Shown here: positions 36,950 through 45,565 of the stretch, piece by piece | Numbering within the stretch: the first letter of the stretch is position 1 | Layout: each line of letters starts with the position of its first letter | Source of the DNA: Verrucomicrobiota bacterium | GTDB taxonomy: Bacteria; Verrucomicrobiota; Kiritimatiellia; JAHIZV01 | Length of the DNA: 64,000 nucleotides | Direction of reading: 5' to 3' | Assembly (NCBI GenBank): GCA_018814445.1 | Contig: JAHIZV010000237.1 | Span: 49,729 to 113,728 of the forward strand | Translations under genes and position numbers: made by a program | The notes under the pieces: model-generated | Databases searched by the model: none | Told to the model about the DNA's origin: nothing | The model's input: only the letters and a program-made list of their open reading frames with translations

Positions 36950-37879
36950 CTAACCATCGTTCAACGAAGTTACGGCCGATTCCAAGCTAGTCAAATCCTG
37001 TATGTTAAGGAGGGATATCTCCTTGTCAATACGCTTCACCAGTCCTGAGAGCACCTTGCCCGGCCCACATTCTACGCAATGTGTAACCCCTTGATCTACA
37101 ATCCATTGTACATTCTTCACCCATTGGACTGAACTGACGATCTGCTGTGTCATGGAGGCGGGGATCTTGTCGGCACTGCCGTGCGGTCCACCTTTGACAT
37201 TTGAGAGCACGGGCAAAGACGGCTCCTGAATCTCAACATCTGAGAGAAACCGGCCAAAGTCCTGTGCCGCTGATTCCATCAACGGCGAGTGAAACGCGCC
37301 GGCTACATTGAGTCTTACAGCTCTTTTGGCGCCGGCGGCCTGCGCCAGCGTTTCAGCCTCAGCTATGCCCGCCAGATCACCCGAAAGAACAGTCTGCGCG
37401 GGGGAATTGTAGTTGGCAGCCTGGACGCCGCACTGTCTTGCGATGTCTTCCGATTCTTCCGCAGACAGGCCGATGATACTGAGCATGCCCCCCTGCGTAT
37501 TCGTGCAGGCCTCCTGCATGAAACGGCCGCGCGCTTCGAGTATCCTCAATGCATCCTCAAACGACACGGCCCCGGATAAATGCAATGCCGTCCATTCACC
37601 TGAGCTCAAACCCGCCATGGCGGCGACATCAAGATTCGGAGCCCTCTCTTTCAGCGCGTGATAGGCCGCCACGCTCACGACGAAAATACCCGGCTGAGCG
37701 TGATCGGAGCGGGTCAACTCCCCCTCGGGCCCATCGAAACAAATCGCACTCAGGTCATATCCAAGGACTTCGCCGGCCTTATCAAATAGAGAACGTGCCG
37801 AAGGAATGGACTCCGCCAGTTCCTTACCCATCCCGACGAATTGTGCTCCCTGACCGGGAAAAAGAAACGCTGTTTTCAT
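36950..37879 (-). CDS. fabD: Malonyl-CoA:ACP transacylase
   Basis: [14 protein letters not shown], a GxSxG nucleophile elbow (GLSSGE) and AGAFHSPLM. 309 aa. Confidence 0.85.
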   Translation of the reverse strand: MKTAFLFPGQGAQFVGMGKELAESIPSARSLFDKAGEVLGYDLSAICFDGPEGELTRSDHAQPGIFVVSVAAYHALKERAPNLDVAAMAGLSSGEWTALHLSGAVSFEDALRILEARGRFMQEACTNTQGGMLSIIGLSAEESEDIARQCGVQAANYNSPAQTVLSGDLAGIAEAETLAQAAGAKRAVRLNVAGAFHSPLMESAAQDFGRFLSDVEIQEPSLPVLSNVKGGPHGSADKIPASMTQQIVSSVQWVKNVQWIVDQGVTHCVECGPGKVLSGLVKRIDKEISLLNIQDLTSLESAVTSLNDG

Positions 37880-38934
37880 CCTTCAAACCACTCCAGCAAA
37901 GTTGCGCCCCATGTGAAACCAGCCCCGAACACCACGAGAAGAACAAGGTCATGATTCTTGACCCTTCCCGCCCGAACGGCCTCATCAAGCGCGACAATCA
38001 CGGACGCGGCTGAGGTGTTGCCGTACTTATCAACGTTGATGAACATCTTATCCATCGACGCGCCCACGCGCTGCGCGATGGCCTGAAGAATTCGCGCGTT
38101 CGCCTGATGAGGAATGATACAGTCAATCTCGTCAATCGTCAGCCCGCAGCGATCCAACGTCGCTGTAACAGCCTCGCTCATGTTCGTCACTGCGTGTTTG
38201 AAGACTTCCCTTCCCATCATCTTGATGTAGTGCCGCTTGTTCTTGACCGTATCCGCAGAAGTCGGTTCACGGCTTCCGCCCCCCGGCACCATTAGCAGGT
38301 CTCCCAGAGACCCGTCAGACCCTAGAACAGAAGTCAAAATGCCGTGTTTGGCGCCCCGCGACTGAAGAACTGCCGCTCCCGCTCCATCGCCGAAGAGAAC
38401 GCAGGTGGACCGATCGCTCCAATCGGTGATACAGCTCATCTTCTCCGCGCCGATGATCAACGCGGTCTCGACTGAACCCGACCCGACAAACTGCTGGCCC
38501 ACTTCGAGCCCGTAGAGAAACCCCGAACAGGCCGCCGACAGGTCAAAACAGACGGCGTTTTCCGCTCCGATCATGTCCTGAACCAGACAGGCCGTACTCG
38601 GAAACGACATGTCGGGTGTGCTGGTGGAAACCAGGAGCAGGCCGATATCGTCCGCCGTCACACCGGCCGATTCCATCGCTCGCCGTGCCGCCTCCGCAGC
38701 CATATCAGATGTGAATTCACCATCCGCGGCAATTCTTCGTTCGTGCATGCCGGTTCGCGACACGATCCATTCGTCGGTAGTATCGACCATGTCCGCGAGT
38801 TCATGATTCGTCATGACCCGCTCGGGCATGTAGGAGCCGGTACCGACGATTGAGACGGCCCGCGTATTGGCGGGACGGGGATGCAGCATCCCGCTGTTCC
38901 TAGTTCGTTTCACTCTTGAAATCCAATTGAGCAA
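37876..38934 (-). CDS. fabH: 3-oxoacyl-ACP synthase III (KAS III)
   Basis: AVSIVGTGSYMPERVMTNHELADMVDTTDEWIVSRTGMHERRIA matches the FabH N-terminus. An alternative start lies at 38889. Confidence 0.85.
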   Translation of the reverse strand: MLNWISRVKRTRNSGMLHPRPANTRAVSIVGTGSYMPERVMTNHELADMVDTTDEWIVSRTGMHERRIAADGEFTSDMAAEAARRAMESAGVTADDIGLLLVSTSTPDMSFPSTACLVQDMIGAENAVCFDLSAACSGFLYGLEVGQQFVGSGSVETALIIGAEKMSCITDWSDRSTCVLFGDGAGAAVLQSRGAKHGILTSVLGSDGSLGDLLMVPGGGSREPTSADTVKNKRHYIKMMGREVFKHAVTNMSEAVTATLDRCGLTIDEIDCIIPHQANARILQAIAQRVGASMDKMFINVDKYGNTSAASVIVALDEAVRAGRVKNHDLVLLVVFGAGFTWGATLLEWFEG

Positions 38935-39919
38935 TCCCGTCTTCGATCATATCCGTTACCTGGTGAGCAACAGACTCACAGGCTACACGAATGCCGTTTC
39001 TCACGGCGAGCGCGTTCGAGGAGCCGTGGCCGATAATGCATATTCCATTGACCCCCAACAGGGGAGCCCCGCCATATGTGGCAGGGTCCCAAGCCTTCTT
39101 GACACGGCTCATGGATCTCTTCAGAAGCAAAGCCCCGACAACACTGACGGGATTGCAGAGAAAGGCCCGCTTCAGCCAGCTGCTCACGGCATGCGCGACG
39201 GCCTCGCTTGTTTTCAGCACAACATTACCCACAAACCCGTCGCAGACGACCACGTCGACTTCCCCGTCGAACAAGTGGCTGCCCTCGACATTGCCCGCGA
39301 AATTCAGATGCGACCGCTCGAGAATGCTGAATGTCTCCTTGGTCATGCCACTGCCCTTGGCATCTTCTTCTCCAATGCTGAGCAACCCGATCTTCGGAGA
39401 TTCCGTTCCCAGAATTACACGGGAATAGACACTTCCCATAACCGCAAACTGCGCCAGAAGCCTGGCGTCGCACTCGGGATTGGCACCGGCATCGATAAGA
39501 ATAAAAGGCTTCGACGGCGTTGGCATGACGGTGGCAATTGCGGGCCGGTCGACGCCGGCGAGCGTTCTCAACCAGAGAGTTGTCGCCGCGACGGCAGCTC
39601 CCGTATTACCAGCTGTGAAGATAGCTTCGGCCCGGCCCTCTTTAACCAACTCGACAACGCGACGAATCGAGGAGTCCTTCTTCCGCCTTAAAGCAATAGC
39701 TGGAGCTTCGGACATCTCGACGACTTCCGATGCATGAACAATCTCGATCTTCGGTGAGATCCTGCCGGACACGGCATCCAGTTCCGCCCTGATCGCATCC
39801 TCACGCCCCACCAGATACAGTCCTGATAGACCGGACACGTCAGACGCCGCCTGAATGGCGCCTCTGACTATCTCGCCGGGGGCGTAATCGCCACCCATAG
39901 CATCCACGGCGATGCGCAT
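38900..39919 (-). CDS. plsX: Phosphate acyltransferase PlsX
   Basis: MRIAVDAMGGDYAP... matches the PlsX N-terminus. 339 aa, upstream of fabH. Confidence 0.85.
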   Translation of the reverse strand: MRIAVDAMGGDYAPGEIVRGAIQAASDVSGLSGLYLVGREDAIRAELDAVSGRISPKIEIVHASEVVEMSEAPAIALRRKKDSSIRRVVELVKEGRAEAIFTAGNTGAAVAATTLWLRTLAGVDRPAIATVMPTPSKPFILIDAGANPECDARLLAQFAVMGSVYSRVILGTESPKIGLLSIGEEDAKGSGMTKETFSILERSHLNFAGNVEGSHLFDGEVDVVVCDGFVGNVVLKTSEAVAHAVSSWLKRAFLCNPVSVVGALLLKRSMSRVKKAWDPATYGGAPLLGVNGICIIGHGSSNALAVRNGIRVACESVAHQVTDMIEDGIAQLDFKSETN

Positions 39920-39921
39920 GC

Positions 39922-40107
39922 TTACTCGTCAGCTTCTATGGTAAGAACCTGTTTCCCGCGGTATTTGCCCGTTTCCGGGCAGACGCGGTGAGGAATGGAA
40001 TATCCCTCGGCGCTTGGCGAGAAGTTTGCCTGACTCTGCTGAGTTTTGTGTGAACGCTTACGCATTCGAATCTTGCTTTTCGACGTTCTTCTTTTTGGAA
40101 CTGCCAT
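39922..40107 (-). CDS. rpmF: 50S ribosomal protein L32
   Basis: MAVPKRRTSKSKIRMRKRSHK... is the canonical L32 N-terminus. The shorter internal ATG was chosen over the tracked 76-aa ORF. Confidence 0.85.
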   Translation of the reverse strand: MAVPKRRTSKSKIRMRKRSHKTQQSQANFSPSAEGYSIPHRVCPETGKYRGKQVLTIEADE

Positions 40108-40159
40108 AACACTGCCTCCATCCAGAAAGCTCTTAGAAACTGCGGATACCAATCAGCCA

Positions 40160-40630
40160 TCACTTCGAATCAAGCTGATCCAACGCCCCCCAACGGTTCT
40201 CCCAGTGGGGCGGTTCACAGGCGCACGTGCCCGCATTGAGATCCTGTCCGCACTGCAGGCAGACACCTTTGCACTGTGAACTGCACAGTGGAAAGTTCGG
40301 CACCTTCAGGAGGACGGCCTCGCGAATATCCTCCGTAAGATCCACTGTTTCCACTTCTTCGGAGATTTCGTAAGCGCGTAGAAAAGAGGAATCCTCTATA
40401 TATGTCGAGAAAAAAGCCCCACATCTTACGCATTCCAACGATAACTGCGTGTTCACACTTCCCTTGACTACAAGTTCGCGGGACACCACTTGAACGAAGA
40501 AGTCATATTTTACGGGTTCTTGAGCCCTGATACCTTGATTTTCCCCTATATCCAGGATTGAGGGAGCTTCCTCGCCTGCAATATGGGATCCATCAGGCGA
40601 TATTTTTCTGGAATGGATTGTTAGAGGCAT
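40160..40630 (-). CDS. yceD: YceD/DUF177-family protein (large-ribosomal-subunit accumulation protein)
   Basis: 156 aa with C-terminal Cys cluster CxxC...CLQCGQDL..C.CE. It holds the conserved position immediately upstream of rpmF-plsX. Confidence 0.65.
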   Translation of the reverse strand: MPLTIHSRKISPDGSHIAGEEAPSILDIGENQGIRAQEPVKYDFFVQVVSRELVVKGSVNTQLSLECVRCGAFFSTYIEDSSFLRAYEISEEVETVDLTEDIREAVLLKVPNFPLCSSQCKGVCLQCGQDLNAGTCACEPPHWENRWGALDQLDSK

Positions 40631-40664
40631 CTTGTGCGCACCTTGTTCGACCCGTCACGCGAAT

Positions 40665-41156
40665 CTACTGCCGGGACTGGACCAGCTTATCCTTCAATGC
40701 CTTTCCGACGCACAGCGGTACAAACTGTCCGAAACTCCCTCCCAGCGCAGCGATTTCCTTGACCGTGTTTGAGCTTACGTAGCTGTATTCCTCTTTGGGC
40801 ATGAGAAACATGGTCTCTATCTCGGGAGCAAGCTTTCTATTCGTGAGAGCCATCTGGAATTCAAACTCGAAATCGGAGAAGGCGCGGAGCCCCCGGATCA
40901 ACACATGGGCCTTTTTCGCCCGTGCATACTCGACCAGAAGTCCGTTGAAGGAGTCCACCTCGATATTTTCAAAAGGAGCGGAGGCCTCTTCCGCCAGCCC
41001 CACACGCTCCTCCAGGGTGAACAGAGGCTTCTTCCTGACACTTTCAGCCACCGCCAGAATAAGCTTGCCGAAAATGAGCGAGGCCCGCTCCATGACATCA
41101 AGATGACCTAACGTTATCGGATCAAACGTACCCGCATATATAGCCGTCGAATTCAA
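40665..41156 (-). CDS. coaD: Phosphopantetheine adenylyltransferase
   Basis: IYAGTFDPITLGHLDVMERA (the T/HxGH nucleotidyltransferase motif). 163 aa. Confidence 0.85.
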   Translation of the reverse strand: MNSTAIYAGTFDPITLGHLDVMERASLIFGKLILAVAESVRKKPLFTLEERVGLAEEASAPFENIEVDSFNGLLVEYARAKKAHVLIRGLRAFSDFEFEFQMALTNRKLAPEIETMFLMPKEEYSYVSSNTVKEIAALGGSFGQFVPLCVGKALKDKLVQSRQ

Positions 41157-41165
41157 TATCCCACC

Positions 41166-41747
41166 TCACTCACTTATGTCTCTGACCTCTCCCAGTCGAA
41201 AAAAGACCAAACGCGTCTCCCCGTACACCTTGTCTCGTACGATGTTCCACCCGTCCAGATCATTGTGAGGACAGCCGGCACTCAGTTCAAACACAACCAA
41301 ACCCCGCGCTGAAAGCATAGAACGGCGTTGAATAGTGCGCAAGGCCTTTCCCGGGAGACCCGCCGGGATTGCCTCATCATAAGGGGGATCCGCCATAATC
41401 AAGTCAAACGGCCGCCTGTTGTCGGCTGTTCCAATATAGGCATCAGCTTTCATTTGCACACACTGAGTCCTGTCTTCAGCGTTTCCGCAAAGCTCCCCCA
41501 CATTCCTCTTCAGGTTTCGATATGTTGGCCCATGGCTTTCAACCCAGCAGACAAAAGACGCCCCCCTGCTCCATGCTTCCAGGCCCAATGCCCCTGATCC
41601 GGCATACAGGTCCAGCACCCGCGCACCGACAATATCCTCACCTATGCTGGAGAACAGGGCTTCCCTCACCCTTTCCTGAGTCGGCCGAAGGCCCTTGCGG
41701 GGAACGCGCAGAACGCGACCGCGAAGTATTCCACCGGTTATTCTCAT
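41166..41747 (-). CDS. rsmD: 16S rRNA (guanine966-N2)-methyltransferase RsmD-like
   Basis: VLDLYAGSGALGLEA and DPPY motifs. 193 aa. Upstream of coaD as in many bacteria. Confidence 0.75.
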   Translation of the reverse strand: MRITGGILRGRVLRVPRKGLRPTQERVREALFSSIGEDIVGARVLDLYAGSGALGLEAWSRGASFVCWVESHGPTYRNLKRNVGELCGNAEDRTQCVQMKADAYIGTADNRRPFDLIMADPPYDEAIPAGLPGKALRTIQRRSMLSARGLVVFELSAGCPHNDLDGWNIVRDKVYGETRLVFFRLGEVRDISE

Positions 41748-41903
41748 CTCATGATCTCTTTACTTCGATTTTGCGGCCTCTTATATTAGAAAGGTAGTTC
41801 TCATTTTTGCGATTCAATAAAGCTGTTCCGGGGCGAATCTTACAGCAGGCGTATTTGGGGTACAGGTCAATGATGTTACTCCTTCTTGCGCATAGGGTAT
41901 AGC

Positions 41904-44900
41904 ATGAGAAAGACAGCAGTCTATTTGGCGATGCTTGTTATCCCTCTCCAGGGATTTGCTCAGCTGAAGATCAATGAAGTCTACTACAACGTCACACCGC
42001 AAGGCGGGAATCAGTTTGTCGAACTGTACAACGCCGCCTCTTCAAACCTGTACCTGGACGGTTTGATCATAACGGATGAGGCAGGCACGGGCGTCGAGGG
42101 CATCTACAAGTTCCCCGGTGATCCAGGAGAAACCAATTACCCCGTCACACCCGGTGAGTACGTGATGATCGCGGTGGACGCAAAAGACGCCACGTCCAAC
42201 GCCCATTGGGAGTGTTACGCGCAAGGCGCCGACTCCGACAACCCGCTTGTCCCTAACCTCGAACTGGTCAGCGGGGTTACCGACCTCGCGCTCTACGGAA
42301 ACGGTGATAATCTGATCCTCGCGGACGGAACGGATACCAACGCACCGATCGACCATTCAACTATCATCGACGGCATGAACTACGGCGGCGGAGGCGGAGA
42401 ACTGGCTCCGCTTTCTTCCTCTGCACCCGACACCGATCCGTCGGTCATCGCCTCGTCTAATTTCTCGCTTGGAAGGTGTCCCGACGGATGGGATCTCGAC
42501 GCAGCCAGCTCATATGACTTCATCGAACTGTCGCCCACGCCGGGTGCCGCGAACGCATGCGAGACACCAGTGTTCAGCGTGCAGGATGTCAGCCTCAACG
42601 AGGGCGATTCGGGAACTTCCGAGGCGATGTTCACAGTTACGCTGTTGCCCGCGCCAACGCAGAATGTGTCGGTAACACTGTCGACTGCTGACGGGACGGC
42701 CACGGCGGGAAGCGACTACACGGCAGTAGCAGCAACGGCACTCGTGTTCACCGCGGGAGTAACCCAGCAGACATTTGATGTTTCCATTCTTGGTGACACA
42801 CAGACTTCAACGAATGAGATCTTCTACCTGAATCTCAGCAATCCGACGAACGGCATGATCACGGACTCCCAGGCTGTATGCACCATTCTGAACGATGATG
42901 GCATATCCATGTTTTCGATCAATGACTCTTCCATCCTGGAGGGCGATTCAGGAACAGTGAATATGCCCTTTGCAGTGAGCCTGTCGCCGCCCTCGGAACT
43001 CACTGCACGGGTTACGTACTCCACATCCAACGGTACGGCAAGCGCGGGAGCGGATTTCACTGGCATTGGCGGTCTGCCCCTCCAGTTCACGGCGGGCGTC
43101 ACGTCGCAGACCTTTTCGATTTCAGTCATTGGAGATACCACTGATACGGCGGACGAATCCTTCTACGTCCATCTCAGCGGACCCACCAATGCAGCCATCG
43201 ATGACGGAGATGGCATCGGAACCATCATAGATGACGACGGTATTCCGATCGTGTCGGTCTCCGACACCAATATCATGGAAGGTGACTCGGGGACAACCAA
43301 CGTTGTCTTCATAATCACGCTTAACAGAACTAATGACTCCGCGACTTCCATCAATTTCGCAACTTCGGACGGCACCGCTGAGGCAGGTCAGGATTACGTC
43401 GCCGTTGCCGCGACAACCCTTGTATTCTCTGCCGGCATCTCAACACAAATCGTGGAAGTTGACGTCCTTGGAGACACACTCGCCAGCGGAGATGAGATAT
43501 TCTATGCCGTTCTCTCCTCCCCGACCAATCTGCTCCTGCTCGACAATCAAGGCGCATGTACCATCATCAACGACGACGGAACAAGCAGCGTAGTGATCGC
43601 AAACGTCAATATTAACGAAGGCAACACCGGGACCAGCAATATGGTGTTTGCCGTCACGATGAGTGCGGAAAACGAGAGCGATGCCTCGGTCAATTATCTT
43701 ACTCAGGACGGATCGGCAAAGGCGGGCTCCGACTACATTGCCATAGGCGAGACAGCCCTGATCATACCGGCCGGAGAAACGGTAACGTCGATTACTGTTC
43801 AGGCTGTCAGCGACGCTCTGGCCAGCCCGCACGAATACATGGTCGTGAACCTGGTAAATCCAACGAACACCACCATCGCAGACTCTCAGGCCTCCGGGTG
43901 GATATTCAATGATGACGGCAGTTCCGCATTCTCGATCAACGATTCTTCTGTAGACGAGGGCGATTCAGGCACAACCAACCTGCCGTTCACCATCACGCTG
44001 TCTCCCGGCAACGAGGACGAGACATCCGTGGTATTTGCATCATCCAACGGCACCGCCCTGGCCGGCAGCGACTACACTGCCGTGGCGCCCACCACAGTAT
44101 TGTTCAGCGCCGGCACACTGAATGCAGTTGTAGACGTCGAAGTCCTGGGCGATACGGACATCGAAGCCAACAAGACATTCTTCGGCCTCCTCTCATCTCC
44201 GGTTAACGCCTCCATCAGTGACGCCCAGGGCGTCGCGACCATCCTCGATGATGACGCGGGAGCAACAGTCTCCGTATCCGATGCGAGCGCCCTGGAGGGC
44301 AATGCGGGTACCACCGGCCTCACCTTCATGATCACTCTTTCTGAACCCGCAGGAGGAGGAGAATCGATCAACTTCTCCACCGACGACGATACGGCCCTCG
44401 CGGGATCGGACTATACGTCTATCGCGACAACCACGCTGGTCTTCTCCGGGGGTTCAACTGCCGTCGCAGTAGAGGTGACGGCTTTTGGCGATACAGCCGC
44501 CAGTGAAGACGAAACCTTCTTCCTTAATCTTTCCTCGCCAACAGGCCTCGTTGTGGGCGACAGCCTGGCAACCGGAACGATCATCAATGATGACGGGACC
44601 TCCTCCGTGTCGATTGCTGACGCCTCGCTGCCCGAGGGCGATGCCGGGACCGCGGACATGACTTTCACGTCGACGCTCAGCGTCGCCAACGAGAATGACG
44701 TCTCGATCAACTACGCCACCAGTGACGGGTCGGCCTCCTCAGGCACGGATTACACGGGCGTGAGCAGTTCCCTTGTCTTCACCGCCGGGGCAACAAGCGA
44801 GACCTTTTTCATCTCCATTATCGGCGATGAGCTGGCCACCACCAATGAGTCGTTTACCATTGATCTGTCATCCCCGACCAACGCGCTCATTGACGACGGA

Positions 44901-45494
44901 CAGGCAACCGGAACGATCATCAACGATGACGGGACCTCCTCCGTGTCGATTGCTGACAATGCCATGCTGGAAGGCGACTCAGGAACAGCCAACCTGTCCT
45001 TTGCCCTGGAGATACTGCCCGCCGCCGAAGACTCCGCCTCGGTGACCTACTCTACCGCAGATAACACTGCACTCGCCGGGACCGATTATGTGGCCATCGT
45101 ATCAACACCCTATGTCTTCGCAGCCGGTGACACTTCCGGGGTTATCAACGTCGCAGTCATGGGCGACGGAACAGAGGAAAGCCCTGAGACCTTCTTTGTT
45201 AATCTGACAAGTCCCACGAACGCAGTCATCGCAGATGGCCAGGCGACCGGCGGCATTACCGATGACGATGACAATATGTTCACACTTTCAATCGACTACA
45301 ACTTGCCGGGGAACATCGCGACGGTGAACTGGGATTCCGTTGTTGCTGAAACCTACTACATCCAGTTCTCAACCAATCTTTACTCGGGAATTTGGAGCAA
45401 CCTGACAAGCCTGACAGCAGTCGGACCGACCTCGACCGCAGTAGATGCAACCGGTTCAGTAACATCCCGCTACTATCGCGGACTCAGGGAGTAG
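41904..45494 (+). CDS. Secreted protein with N-terminal lamin-tail-like domain, at least 8 Calx-β repeats and a C-terminal FN3-like domain
   Basis: ATG at 41904 with an AGGGTA RBS (the tracked ORF starts at a TTG at 41886). Signal peptide MRKTAVYLAMLVIPLQGFAQ. LTD-like segment LKINEVYYN...NQFVELYN. Repeated units xSVxDxSxxEGDSGT...YxTxDGTAxAGSDY...GDTxxExxExFxxxL...GTIxDDD. C-terminus ...SRYYRGLRE. Confidence 0.75.
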   Translation: MRKTAVYLAMLVIPLQGFAQLKINEVYYNVTPQGGNQFVELYNAASSNLYLDGLIITDEAGTGVEGIYKFPGDPGETNYPVTPGEYVMIAVDAKDATSNAHWECYAQGADSDNPLVPNLELVSGVTDLALYGNGDNLILADGTDTNAPIDHSTIIDGMNYGGGGGELAPLSSSAPDTDPSVIASSNFSLGRCPDGWDLDAASSYDFIELSPTPGAANACETPVFSVQDVSLNEGDSGTSEAMFTVTLLPAPTQNVSVTLSTADGTATAGSDYTAVAATALVFTAGVTQQTFDVSILGDTQTSTNEIFYLNLSNPTNGMITDSQAVCTILNDDGISMFSINDSSILEGDSGTVNMPFAVSLSPPSELTARVTYSTSNGTASAGADFTGIGGLPLQFTAGVTSQTFSISVIGDTTDTADESFYVHLSGPTNAAIDDGDGIGTIIDDDGIPIVSVSDTNIMEGDSGTTNVVFIITLNRTNDSATSINFATSDGTAEAGQDYVAVAATTLVFSAGISTQIVEVDVLGDTLASGDEIFYAVLSSPTNLLLLDNQGACTIINDDGTSSVVIANVNINEGNTGTSNMVFAVTMSAENESDASVNYLTQDGSAKAGSDYIAIGETALIIPAGETVTSITVQAVSDALASPHEYMVVNLVNPTNTTIADSQASGWIFNDDGSSAFSINDSSVDEGDSGTTNLPFTITLSPGNEDETSVVFASSNGTALAGSDYTAVAPTTVLFSAGTLNAVVDVEVLGDTDIEANKTFFGLLSSPVNASISDAQGVATILDDDAGATVSVSDASALEGNAGTTGLTFMITLSEPAGGGESINFSTDDDTALAGSDYTSIATTTLVFSGGSTAVAVEVTAFGDTAASEDETFFLNLSSPTGLVVGDSLATGTIINDDGTSSVSIADASLPEGDAGTADMTFTSTLSVANENDVSINYATSDGSASSGTDYTGVSSSLVFTAGATSETFFISIIGDELATTNESFTIDLSSPTNALIDDGQATGTIINDDGTSSVSIADNAMLEGDSGTANLSFALEILPAAEDSASVTYSTADNTALAGTDYVAIVSTPYVFAAGDTSGVINVAVMGDGTEESPETFFVNLTSPTNAVIADGQATGGITDDDDNMFTLSIDYNLPGNIATVNWDSVVAETYYIQFSTNLYSGIWSNLTSLTAVGPTSTAVDATGSVTSRYYRGLRE

Positions 45495-45565
45495 GCTCTG
45501 GCGCGATCCAAGTGGAACTGCTGCGGCAAAACGGCGCGGCCAGCCATGGAATTGCCTTATACCGT

